This document shows positions 13,969-28,950 of a DNA stretch of 64,000 bases, one piece after another (positions within the stretch are counted from its first letter, which is position 1; every line of letters starts with the position of its first letter). The DNA lies in the NCBI GenBank assembly GCA_039096225.1, contig JBBPEB010000032.1:806001-870000 (forward strand). The letters run 5' to 3'. This DNA comes from Blastocystis sp. Blastoise (Eukaryota; Protista; Bigyra: Opalinata). The notes below the pieces were generated by a model that saw nothing but the letters and a program-made list of their open reading frames with translations, had not been told where the DNA came from and searched no databases. Both the position numbers and the translations under genes were made by a program.

Positions 13969-16900
13969 GATAGAAGAATACCGAAAGATATAGAGAAGGA
14001 GATAAATATTAATAAAAAGGAAAATATGGATAGAGAGGAGATAGAATCAAACAGAGAAGGAGAAGTAGATAAAAGTCGATTGAGGGAAGAGAGAAGTAGA
14101 TTAAAATAAAAACAAATAGCAAGAGTTAAAAGGAAGAAGGGAAGAATATAGAATGATTTGAAGAATGAGATGTATATAGAAGTGAATAGAAGGAAATAGA
14201 GAAGGAGAAGTAGATAGAAAAGATTAAAAATAGAAGGAGATAGAAAGATAAGAGAATGATATAGATACAATAGAATGAGATAGAGAAGATAAAGTAGATA
14301 GAAATGGATAGAAATAAGAAAAATAAATAGGATAAGAGAGAAAGAGAGATAAAAGGATATAAAAGGATATAGAAGGAGAGAAAACGGATTGAGATGTAGT
14401 AAGATGGAAGGATGTAGATGGAAATAGAGAAGTAGATAGAAGATGATGGAGAATAAAGAGGAGATAGAAGAGGAGATAGAAGGAGAAAAAGAAGAAGAGG
14501 AAGTAAATTAAGTTAGAAGGAGATATAATAAGATAGAGAAGTAGATATACGTAGATATAAGGAAATATACGAAGATATAAGTAGATAAGAGAAAATAGAA
14601 GGAAATAGAGAATGAGATTGAGACACATAAATGAGGTAGAATGAGATAGATAAGGATAGAGAAATATGAAGAGAAATATAGGAATACAGAGAGATAGAAT
14701 GATGTTGAAAGAGAAAGAAAAGGAAAGACTGAAGATTGAGACAGAAGGAGTAGCTGAGATAAAAGGAAGATAGAGAAGGAAATTGAAAGATGAAGGAAGA
14801 AGGAGAGAAGATGAAAGAAGAAGAATATAGAAGAAGATAGAGAATGAGATAATAGGGATAGAAAGAGAAAAATAGGAAAAAAGATGGTTAGAAGAAAATA
14901 GAAAAGGAGAAAGAAGGAGAGATAGAAGGAGAAATAGAAGGATATAAAAGAGATTAAGAAAGAAGTTAGAGACAAGAAGATATAGATATATAGAAAGAAA
15001 TAAAAGGATTAAATAGAAGATTAAGATAGAAGAAAAGAGACAAAATAGAAGTAGATATAACAATATAGAGAATGAAAGGATAGAAATAAAAATAGAAAAT
15101 AGATAACTAGAACATAAGAATATATAATAATAGAGAGAAGGAGAGAGAGAAAAAAAAGTAGATATAAAGTGGAAAAGGAGACATAGAAGGAAATATAAAA
15201 GGAAACAAGAAGGTAGAAAGAGACATATAAGATAAAATAGACAGGGACAGAGAGAAATAAATGGAAAAAGAATAAGGATAAAGATGGATACGAGAATAGA
15301 GAGGGAGAGAAGGAAGATTGAGATAGAATTATACAGAAAGAGGAGAGAAGGAAGATAAAGAAGGAAAATAGGGCAGTAAAAAAAAGGGAATCAGAAGGAG
15401 GAGAGAAGAAGTATGAGAAGAATAGAAAGAAGGAAGAGGAGGAAGGCAAATAATAGAAGAGAACTATATATATAATAAATAGTGATATAAATATAAATAA
15501 GAAGATGAAGATCTGAAAAAAGCAAAGAATTATATGGAGAAGAAGAAGAAGAAGAGGAAGAGGAAGAAAAGGAGGGTATACACTAATACATGTCGAGGAA
15601 AAAGAAGTATAGAATAAGGAGAAGAGGATAACAGGATAAAAGAAAAAGACATAACGAAATACAATGTAAATAGAATAGTGATTAAGAAAGAGTAATGAAA
15701 GAGTGATATAAAAGGGAAGCGAAGATAAGAGAGAGGTATAATTAAAAAAAAGAAAAATAAAGGAATTTAGATAGAAGAAAAAATAAAAGAAAAATGAAGA
15801 TCTGAGGAAGATAATGAATCAAAGGGAGAGACAAGGATATAGGCTGGAGACAAGGCATAGGAAGAAGTAATAAAGAAAGAAGATGAAGAAATAAGGAGAT
15901 AAAAGTGTAGAAGGAAGAAAATGAAGAAGAGAGAAGAAGGAATCATTTTGTGTAAGAAGAAGAAATAAAGAAGAACTAGATAATAAATAAATAAATAAAT
16001 AAATAAATAAACATACCTAATAGAAAAAAATGAATTTGGTGATGTTGAGTCATAGGGAAAGATAACCAACAGAAACAGTAGAAAACAACCTAAATAAATA
16101 AATAATAATAAATAAAAATATAAAAATAATGAAAATAAATAATAAAATGAATTAGATTCTAATTTAAGAAAAAACAAAAAGAAAGCTAATAATAGATAGA
16201 ATGAATATACGATAAGTACTCTATTATATAATACTTAAAAATATAACAAAGAAAAAAATTAGAGATAATTATAAAAATAAATAAATACATATATACTTTG
16301 AAAGTAGTTTGACATCATAGACGTTGTTGACATGGACTGAAGAGGACTCTTATAACCATGGACGAGCAGGAACCTATACATGCTAGAGAATGGGAGAATG
16401 TTAATATTGATAAAGAATAAAAAATAGTAATATACATACAAGAGAATAATCTGAAGTTAAAATCAACTTCTATTTTTTAAAATAACAGCTAATAAAAATA
16501 AAATAAAAATAAAGAAAATAAGTAACAAATGAAAATATTTTCTAAGTTAATAGGCTCAATAGCGTATGGGTGTATTCAGGTCTTAAAAGAAAAATCATTT
16601 TTGCGGGAATATCAAGAAACTCAAAAAAAGTATTTTTTCCCTCCTTTTTTCACTGTCACTTTTCTTTAATATTTTTGACTTTTTAGTATTAAAAACGATT
16701 CTTACAGGCATGTATAGAGACTCTATACCACTTTTGAGACTAAAAATCAAATATTTAAAAATGAGTGAAAAATCTTGACTAGCAAGAAAAACAATTATGT
16801 GAAGCTGAGTATGTTGTGTATACACATATCTAACAACAGAGATGATAAAAACACACAACTCCTCTTGGTTTAGGACATAATTATGAATTCTCTCAAAAAA

Positions 16901-17959
16901 GCTATTTTAAACCTTAAAACGATACCCTGAACTATAAATCAAGTCCTGAATGATATTCTAAAGTCATATTTTTAAAAACAGGTTTAATGACGATAATCAA
17001 TAAACAAAAACAAGAGCTTCCGTTTTACTTTTCTTTTTTGAATTTTTAATTGTTTTGACTTTCTAGGGTAGTTGGCTGAAAGAAATGTTGTCGTCTTTAG
17101 GCTAAAAAATGATGAATAAAAAAGTCAAGTCATTTTATTGTTTTTTCCTTGGGAAATAAAAAAGAAGAAATTTTTAGGTGTGTTTTGGTTTAGGCTGTAT
17201 AATGGTTTTTATTGTAAAAGGACTTGACGAGAATGATTGAAATGATAATACATCACTCAGAGAACACACAACTTTAAAAAATTTGTCACTCATGTAATCC
17301 ATTCCTGAATTATAGACTTCAGAGAAAAAATTAAAGTCTTTTTGGTTTTAAACAGTCATTTTAAATCATAAAACACTGTAAAATAGTCAATATTTAGAAT
17401 GTCTATGATTATATAAATAAACAATATATTTTGTAGAGTTATTTTTAAGTTTTTCTCGTCAAAAAGAGAGAAACTTGACAAGTTGGCGGACACTCTTTTC
17501 TCGAGTTTAGGCCAACGTATTTTTGATTAAAAAATCCCAGTCATTTTGTTGTTTCTCTTACGGGAAATAGGGTCAAAAAAACACAAAATGTCCATAGTGA
17601 GATATATGCATATATACACATGTGATTCCTTGGAATTGATTCATATCAAAAGACTGAGAAGGAACAGCAACAACTTTCATATCTATATAAAGTATAATAA
17701 ACAAATAGTATAATATAGTATATATAACATAAAAATAGAATACTATTATAACTAATTATATATATATATACTAGCAGCTAGTGCGGCTTTGATTCCATTT
17801 ATTGAGTCCTCAAAAACAATACATTCCTGCGGGGATTTATTCAGCTTTTTGGCTGCTACTAAAAATATATCTGGAAACGGTTTACCTATTTATATATATA
17901 TATAATAAATATATATATTTATTTAATAAAAGAATATATAAAACAATGATTCATTAAAA

Positions 17960-17995
<36 letters not shown>

Positions 17996-18820
17996 AAAGA
18001 ATATATAAAATAATGATTCATTAAAACTATATATATAATTAATATATATATTTATATAATAAAATAATAAATAAAATAATGATTCATTAAAACTATATAT
18101 ATAATTAATATATATATTTATATAATAAAATAATAAATAAAATGATGATTCATTAAATATATATATATAAACATATATATAATAAAATAATATATAAAAT
18201 AATGATTCATTAAATATATATATATATATATATACAATGAACAACTCCTGGTTCTGAAGATGAAACTAAATAAGACATTTTACTGAAAACTTCCTATATA
18301 TATATATATATTATATTATATATAAATTATATCTATTTAAAGAATTCTAAAGAATATACAGGATGTGTTTTTGCTTTCCCTTCTAAAATAATTTTAGAAG
18401 ACGATGTTGCAATAGCTTGTTTTATATTATTATTATAAAAATATTCAGTTATTCTTTCTGCACCTGGCATATATGGAGATTCATAATTAGTTTCATTCAT
18501 ATATTGACGATAAAGTTTCATCTATAGAAAATGAAATTTATGATTATCATTCCAATTCAAATCAGTTTTAATAATAGACATAAACTTACGTATTCTATAT
18601 CAGTTATTACTTCTTCTAAATGAAACTCTCTAATAATCATTTGTATAGCAGCCATAGCTGTTTGACCTGAAAACCTCCGTTTTATATCAGGACTTAATTT
18701 CCAATTATTTGGAGATACGATTTTCAAAACTTTCTCTTTACATATATTAGAGATTGATTCTGAATCAGTAAGTGTTCCATCCAAGTCCCATATAACTACC
18801 CATTCATTTGTAGATGTCAT
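8885..18820 (-). CDS. HAD-superfamily hydrolase, pseudouridine-5'-phosphatase (HDHD1/PUDP/GS1)-like; 6 exons, last exon 8885-8941 behind an 8.7-kb intron
   Basis: Motif I WDLDGTLTDSE, AIATSS, KPFPDIFLVAA, VFEDSINGIKAALAA. Exon 17682-17618 (MKVVAVPSQSFDMNQFQGITC) splices in phase 0 to exon 8941-8885 (VISSLNEFDPTLFGLPPL*), matching the family C-terminal SLxDFxPxLFGLP motif. Confidence 0.9.
9081..9285. repeat. left subterminal tandem repeat, 3 x 73 bp
   Basis: Unit CAAAAGGTCCAACGACTTTTTTGTTTTGGTTTCCCCAGTGGTGAGCAGTGAAA (copy 2 diverged) starts at 9081, 9154 and 9227. Confidence 0.9.
12084..12152 (-). ncRNA. tRNA-like cloverleaf (non-canonical; probably not a decoding tRNA)
   Basis: Minus strand reads CCTTAAG CTTA-TATTGG-TAAG TA TCTATCA-GTTTA-TGATAGA AA ACAGG-TTCAATT-CCTGT CTTAAGG T: four fully paired stems (7/4/7/5 bp) and a perfect B box GGTTCAATTCC, but no 8-9 linker and no U33 anticodon loop. 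Confidence 0.7.
12153..16010. repeat. ~3.9-kb purine-rich (A/G on +, C-depleted) low-complexity tract with GAA/GAT/AAG/TAA core (about 12440-12960) and (GATA)n runs (about 13210-13240, 13885-13970)
   Basis: Direct inspection: extreme strand asymmetry; the triplet phase of the core is broken by 2-nt slips, e.g. near 12570. Confidence 0.9.
17071..17570. repeat. right subterminal degenerate direct repeat (~90 bp x 2, at 17071-17158 and 17482-17569)
   Basis: GTTGGC...TCG..TTTAGGC...AAAAAA..C.AGTCATTTT.TTGTTT......GGGAAATA is shared by both copies. Confidence 0.6.
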
Positions 18821-19187
18821 TGAAAAAGTTGCAGAAAATTTTAATTAAAATTATTTTTTTTCTAATAAATTATAGTTGTTGGTAATAAACTCGTTTATTT
18901 ATAATTCTTAAAAAAATGTCGATTAGAATCTAGACCCTTATAGATCTTTGTTTTATATATTAACATAACTATATTTATTAGAATATAAGGAATAGAATAC
19001 AAAGACAATAAAAAATGTAGAATAAAATACAATTATTTAAAAAATCACTATACGTAGAATAAAAAGACTAGTAGCATATATAAACATATATAAATAAATA
19101 AGCCAAAATAAATATTAAAAATAAATGATTATAATGAATCTATTGATTGTTATATTGTATAAAAAGCTTTTATATTATATATATCAC

Positions 19188-23660
<4,473 letters not shown>

Positions 23661-24461
23661 AATCGTTTATGATATTAATATAAATTAATATATGCTTGAT
23701 GACTGTGAGAAAGACAAACAAACTTTATTTTTCATTCTTAAAATCTTTCTGTTTTCTAAATGACCTCCGCGATTCTATTGTGAAATCACCCACTATATGT
23801 CATTTATTCACGATTCTATGAAAACACATCTTTTTGAAAATAATTTATTTATAAAAACATGATTATTTTGTAAACAATATTGAATAGAAAACAAATCCAT
23901 TATTCGGCATATTCGTTCTGTATATTTGATATAGAAGATGGCAGATATAGGCGAAAGAACGAACTCATAAATTATAGTCAGAAGTTATGTGAAATGAAAA
24001 GATTTGGTTTCAATTCTGAGTGCATATATTCATATAAAGTATTCACTTTTCTTTTATAGCAGTACATATTACGTTACTCGTAAAATGATACCAAATTATT
24101 CTTTTTAATCTATAATTTTGTACAAATGACTTTTTTTAGATATATATTTTACTATATTCATATTAAACTGTAATTATTGTATATGTAAAAGAATAATCAT
24201 AAGTTAATTATTTCTAGATCTTTTATGTTTGTTGCTAAATGAGTGATTCACCTGTATCTATTATATATATACTGTATTTGATTATTTTGAATATAGTGCA
24301 TTGATCCATCTATCTTTTAAATAAAAAAGAAAGTAACTAAACATATAAAGAAAAAGAAAGCAAATAAAAACTATTTTTCAAAAATACACTAATTGAAATA
24401 AACAAAAGTAAAAACAAAAAAGAAGAGAAAAGAGTTCTAAATTGAAATATGAACAAATATT

Positions 24462-25895
24462 TTATATTTTAACAGGTTCAGAGTGTTTCTTTCCTAAGAG
24501 ATTATTCTTAATACAACAAAAAATGAGAATACTGACAAGAGCTGAAACCATTTCAGCACAAGGATATGCAAAGAAAGCTCCATAGAAATCTTTTCTCCAA
24601 TAACATATAATAAATTGGAATACTATAGGAATAATACAACTTCTTAAAAAGACAAGTATACCTCCAATATACCCTCTTCCTGTTGTTTGTAATATAGGTT
24701 GAAGTATATTATAAAAAGGTATAAATACAAGTGCAGAAGTAGAATAACGAATAGCAAATGTTAATATTTCGATAAATATAGGATCCCCTCCAAAAATAGT
24801 AGCTATACCACGAGCACCAAAATAACCAACAATCGTAAGAATAAAACTAATAATAATTTGTATATAGAAGCATGTTTTAGCAGTTGTTATGAAACGATCT
24901 TTTAAATTAGCTCCTTGACAATAAGCCATAATAGATGTGCTGCCTAGAGCTAATGCTTGTACTGGCATTAAACAAAATGAATTGATTTTAGATAAAGCAC
25001 CTGAAGCAGCAAGTGCCGCTGTTGTTTCTATAGATTCTGGATCTATAGAATATTGTAAAATAATACGATTTGTAACAACAGTTAATATAGAAGGCGCAAT
25101 TCCAAGTAATAAAGAAGCTAATCCTGCATTTAATATTTGACCTATTATGGAGAAGTCAGGAATAAGATCTTTAAATGAAGGAACAACAATAGAACGACCA
25201 CTTAAAAAGTAATAAAGACCTAATAAAGTAGACACAAATTCTGCAAATATTGTACTTGATGAAGCACCTCGTACACCTAAATTGAATGTATCGATAAAAA
25301 CAGGACATAACAATGCATTGAATGTAGCAGCTTCAACAACTAAAATCAACGAATACAATGCTGACCCTTCTGCTCTTACAATGCTATTTGCTGAACAAGC
25401 AGTATTCACAAAAAAAATACCATATACTAAAATCATAATGTAATCGTAAGCAAATTGAAATGTTCCTGTGATTTTTGATGCTCCTAAGACTAATAGCAAA
25501 GGTTCCATGAATAGCGGATATACTAAGGGTATCAGAACACCAAAGAAGATACAGAGAAACAATAAATTGCCTAGAATTCTCTTTGATAATTTTGAATTAT
25601 TTTGGCCTACAGCACTACCATAGACTGGATTCGCTCCATGAGCATACCAGAGAGCAACGCCATTCAATAAAGCAGAATCAATAGGCATTGCAAAAGAAAT
25701 GGAAGCTAAAGCAACAGATCGTTCTTCAGGAGTTTTTCCAACGAACTTTCCAATAAAAATAGCATCAACTACTGAAAAAAGACCCTCACAAACCTTACCA
25801 ATGAAAGCAGGGTACGTTAATTTCCAAATGACTGTACCTAATGGAAGTTTTCCAAGAAGATCTGCTACTCCCTTAGATTTCTCTTTGGATTTCAT
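24462..25895 (-). CDS. MATE efflux transporter, prokaryotic MepA-like, intronless CDS, 477 aa
   Basis: LGKLPLGTVIWKLTYPAFIG...VVDAIFIGKFVG, SIVRAEG, NALLCPVFI...LGVRGA motifs; about 12 hydrophobic segments. Confidence 0.9.
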   Translation of the reverse strand: MKSKEKSKGVADLLGKLPLGTVIWKLTYPAFIGKVCEGLFSVVDAIFIGKFVGKTPEERSVALASISFAMPIDSALLNGVALWYAHGANPVYGSAVGQNNSKLSKRILGNLLFLCIFFGVLIPLVYPLFMEPLLLVLGASKITGTFQFAYDYIMILVYGIFFVNTACSANSIVRAEGSALYSLILVVEAATFNALLCPVFIDTFNLGVRGASSSTIFAEFVSTLLGLYYFLSGRSIVVPSFKDLIPDFSIIGQILNAGLASLLLGIAPSILTVVTNRIILQYSIDPESIETTAALAASGALSKINSFCLMPVQALALGSTSIMAYCQGANLKDRFITTAKTCFYIQIIISFILTIVGYFGARGIATIFGGDPIFIEILTFAIRYSTSALVFIPFYNILQPILQTTGRGYIGGILVFLRSCIIPIVFQFIICYWRKDFYGAFFAYPCAEMVSALVSILIFCCIKNNLLGKKHSEPVKI

Positions 25896-26499
25896 GATTC
25901 TTTTCTAAAAGAAGAAGGTTTATTAATTCGATTTGTAAAGAAATGATGAAAAATAGGAGAAAAATTGCATAAACATTATATATTTTGATAATATATGTAA
26001 GAAAATAAAAGAGTATATAAAGTATACAATAAAAATATACCTTGATATAGAATAAATAGCAAAATGAAATGGAAAGAAAAATGGATGATGAAATTTTATG
26101 AATGAATAAATGTATTGGTTGTAGCGAAGTTTTTTTTGAAATACAGAAATTTAGATGGAACTCAGAGGAATTTTGTTTTTTTACATAAATATATATATTA
26201 TGTAGAGATACGATGCAGTTATGATGAATACATGGATATTGGTGAAAGGAATGAGTGGTACTGTTGATAGAATGTGAAATGATGAATAGAAAATGTTAGA
26301 AAAGTGATTTCAATTGAAATTATGTTTTACACATATATTTATAAAATTGAGATCTAAAACAGTATTTTGAATTATTATTATTTGAGAAAATGATATTTGT
26401 TGAATGATATTTTACACGATTGTAATGTATAAAATGAAATCATAAAAAAAACAACAACAAGGTATTCGAAGAATATAAAAAGATGTTTTATGGATATTA

Positions 26500-26580
26500 T
26501 TAATAAGTATTGAACATTTTATTTTTTAATAATTTCATTTGTACCTTATTTCTCATCTTTTGACCAAGATAAGAATCATC

Positions 26581-26624
<44 letters not shown>

Positions 26625-27445
26625 GAAGAAGAAGAAGAAGAAGAAAAAAAAAAGATATATATAATTAGTAGACTAAATAATTATACCATATATATTATAA
26701 TTATGTCTAATTAATGATTTTAAGTATGTAATAGAAGGGGTGACATATTTTAATATTTGTTTTCCATAAGGGTCACATGATAATTTTTTACTCTCTAAAT
26801 ATTCATCTACTGAAATATTAACTAATTCTTTTATTACCTATATATATATAATTATTATTAAATTAATATATAATGGAAATTTTATATATAGATAATGAAC
26901 TATGGCAGATAAAAGATAGATATTGTAAATTATATATATATATATTTAAATAAATAAATATAAATATAAATATAAATACTTGTTTTGCTTTTTCATTATC
27001 CCCATTATACATGTCATCTTCTTCTAGAAGGTTCTTCTTACAGAGATCAAGAGGTAGATAGGTATGATGTTGCGCAAAGTGAAATGGCAGACCTCGAGTA
27101 TAAGTGGTAATAGATATAGTATGACTAATATGTCTACATATAATATAGATCATTATATAATATATACTTATATATTATATATCATATACTATAATGAATA
27201 AAATATTCTATATATCATAATAAGATATATATGTATAAAAGTTATAGAAATATACTATATAACATAACATATACATAAATAAATTTTAAAAATATAATAA
27301 TATATAATAACTAATATATAGATATAGGATACTTAATTGCTTGTTCTAAATTTGTATCTTCAACTTCCATACATTGGCTAAGTATGTAGTATTATTAAGA
27401 AACGGATATATATATATAGAATATCAATTAAATAATAAATATAGA

Positions 27446-27543
<98 letters not shown>

Positions 27544-28294
27544 AAATAAAAATAGAATAATAAAAGATATATTAAGAATAGAAGCATAAATATTTTCTCC
27601 ATGTTCAAAAAAGAAATGAACTGACTCTGGCTGACTTATATTCATCTCATTTTCCTATATTCAATATATATATATATATACATTAAATATAATTCATAAT
27701 ATAACTGAGTTTAAAATATATATAAATAAGAATATATATATAATAATAATAATCGTTAAACATAATAATATTTACTCTTGCTTCAATAATTCGATCTAAG
27801 AAAACAGGATTAAATGAATAATGTTCATATACATCCGTTAAACATTTCATTACAGGATTTGATAACACAAAATGATCCTAAATATATATATATATTTAGA
27901 ATTTAAATAAAGTAAAAACAATAAAAAAAAGACAAAAAAATACGTTGACCATTTCTTCAACACGATCTCTCCACCATTGTAATCGAACTCTTCCTGAAAG
28001 AATATTTCCATGAGCATTATCGATGGATTGAGCAACTTCAATATTAAATGCTTGAAGAACCATATAAGGAACCTTAACCTCTTCAGGTAATAGACAACCA
28101 ACATAATAATTATCCCAACTATGCTTTCTACAAAGAGAATGTCAGAAACTTTGATGAATTCAAGAATTATGAATTAATATATACTTTACAGAATCAAGAA
28201 CATAATCATAATCAGCATCCATACTATTCGCTACAAATCTTTTTGCAAATGTCTGTATGGGGAACTTATATAGTCTTCTCGCCACAGCCAACAT
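26500..28294 (-). CDS. NDUFAF6: complex I assembly factor NDUFAF6 (squalene/phytoene synthase-like), multi-exon, N-terminal presequence-like leader
   Basis: MLAVARRLYKFP leader; DNYYVGCLLPEE...LQAFNIEVAQ...RVRLQWWRDRV; NPV...LDRIIEARE; HIS...RGLPFH...YLPLDLC; TAA at 26500-26502. Confidence 0.85.
27386..27570 (-). other. U12-type AT-AC intron in NDUFAF6 (185 nt, phase 0)
   Basis: 5' ATATCTTTT, branch-like TTTCTTAAT 8 nt before AC; spliced product ASILN|ILSQCMEV; no GT donor near the exon end. Confidence 0.75.
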
Positions 28295-28950
28295 ATGAAT
28301 AGAAAATATCAATTAATGGGATAGATACTCGATATTAAAACGTAATCAATTTTTTCAAGAAAAACTCTCATTCTACAGAGAATCATTATAAAAGAATCAT
28401 TATTTTATTCTTTTCACATTTTTTATACTCACTAATAAATTAATCGTAATAACAACATCATAAATGTCATCATCATCACATATATAGATTTCTTTTTAAG
28501 ACATGGTACTCTATAAAACTATTCTAATGAACCTGAAAGTGTTGTTTCAAAAAAATTCTTATGTTATATCACCTATGAGAACATGAACTCTGTCTGTAGT
28601 CCATTTACTTTTTTAAATAAATAGACTGCTGAGTCGTTGTTAACAAAAGAACATAAACACATCGTTTCTAGAAACTCCCGCAAATATTACTCTTTTTTCT
28701 CGGATTTCTTTTTTATTTCGTTTCCTCTTCGCTTCACTATGGAAATGTTCCTCCATTTTGAATCATTTTTCTGAATCCCCGTGTTTATCAGGAAGAATCA
28801 CAAAAATCTTTTCCTTGATACGTTCATTCTATTGGATGAACGAGATGAGAAAAGGAGTTCGTTCAAATGAAAGAGAAACCTTTAGAGAAATTCCAATTTT
28901 TAAAGTAACAAAAAGATTATTTATTTGACTATATATAAATCAATATCAAT

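Larger units (their letters stand above)
9053..17599. mobile_element. CACTA/EnSpm-type DNA transposon, apparently non-autonomous, 8547 bp, inside the last HAD intron
   Basis: Perfect 15-bp terminal inverted repeat CACTATGGACATTTT (9053-9067 and 17585-17599), 3-bp TSD AGA (9050-9052, 17600-17602), subterminal repeats; no transposase ORF seen. Confidence 0.88.

Noticed and set aside
12153-16010. Glu/Lys/Asp-rich protein on + strand read with TAA/TAG reassigned
   Set aside because: Triplet phase is broken repeatedly (e.g. 2-nt slip near 12570), TGA also appears, and neighbouring genes end in TAA/TAG and use CAA/GAA normally.
12147-16177. Long minus-strand ORFs (218-304 aa, F/L/S/Y-rich) in the ORF track
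   Set aside because: They overlap in all three frames and exist only because the purine-poor strand rarely forms stops; not protein-like.
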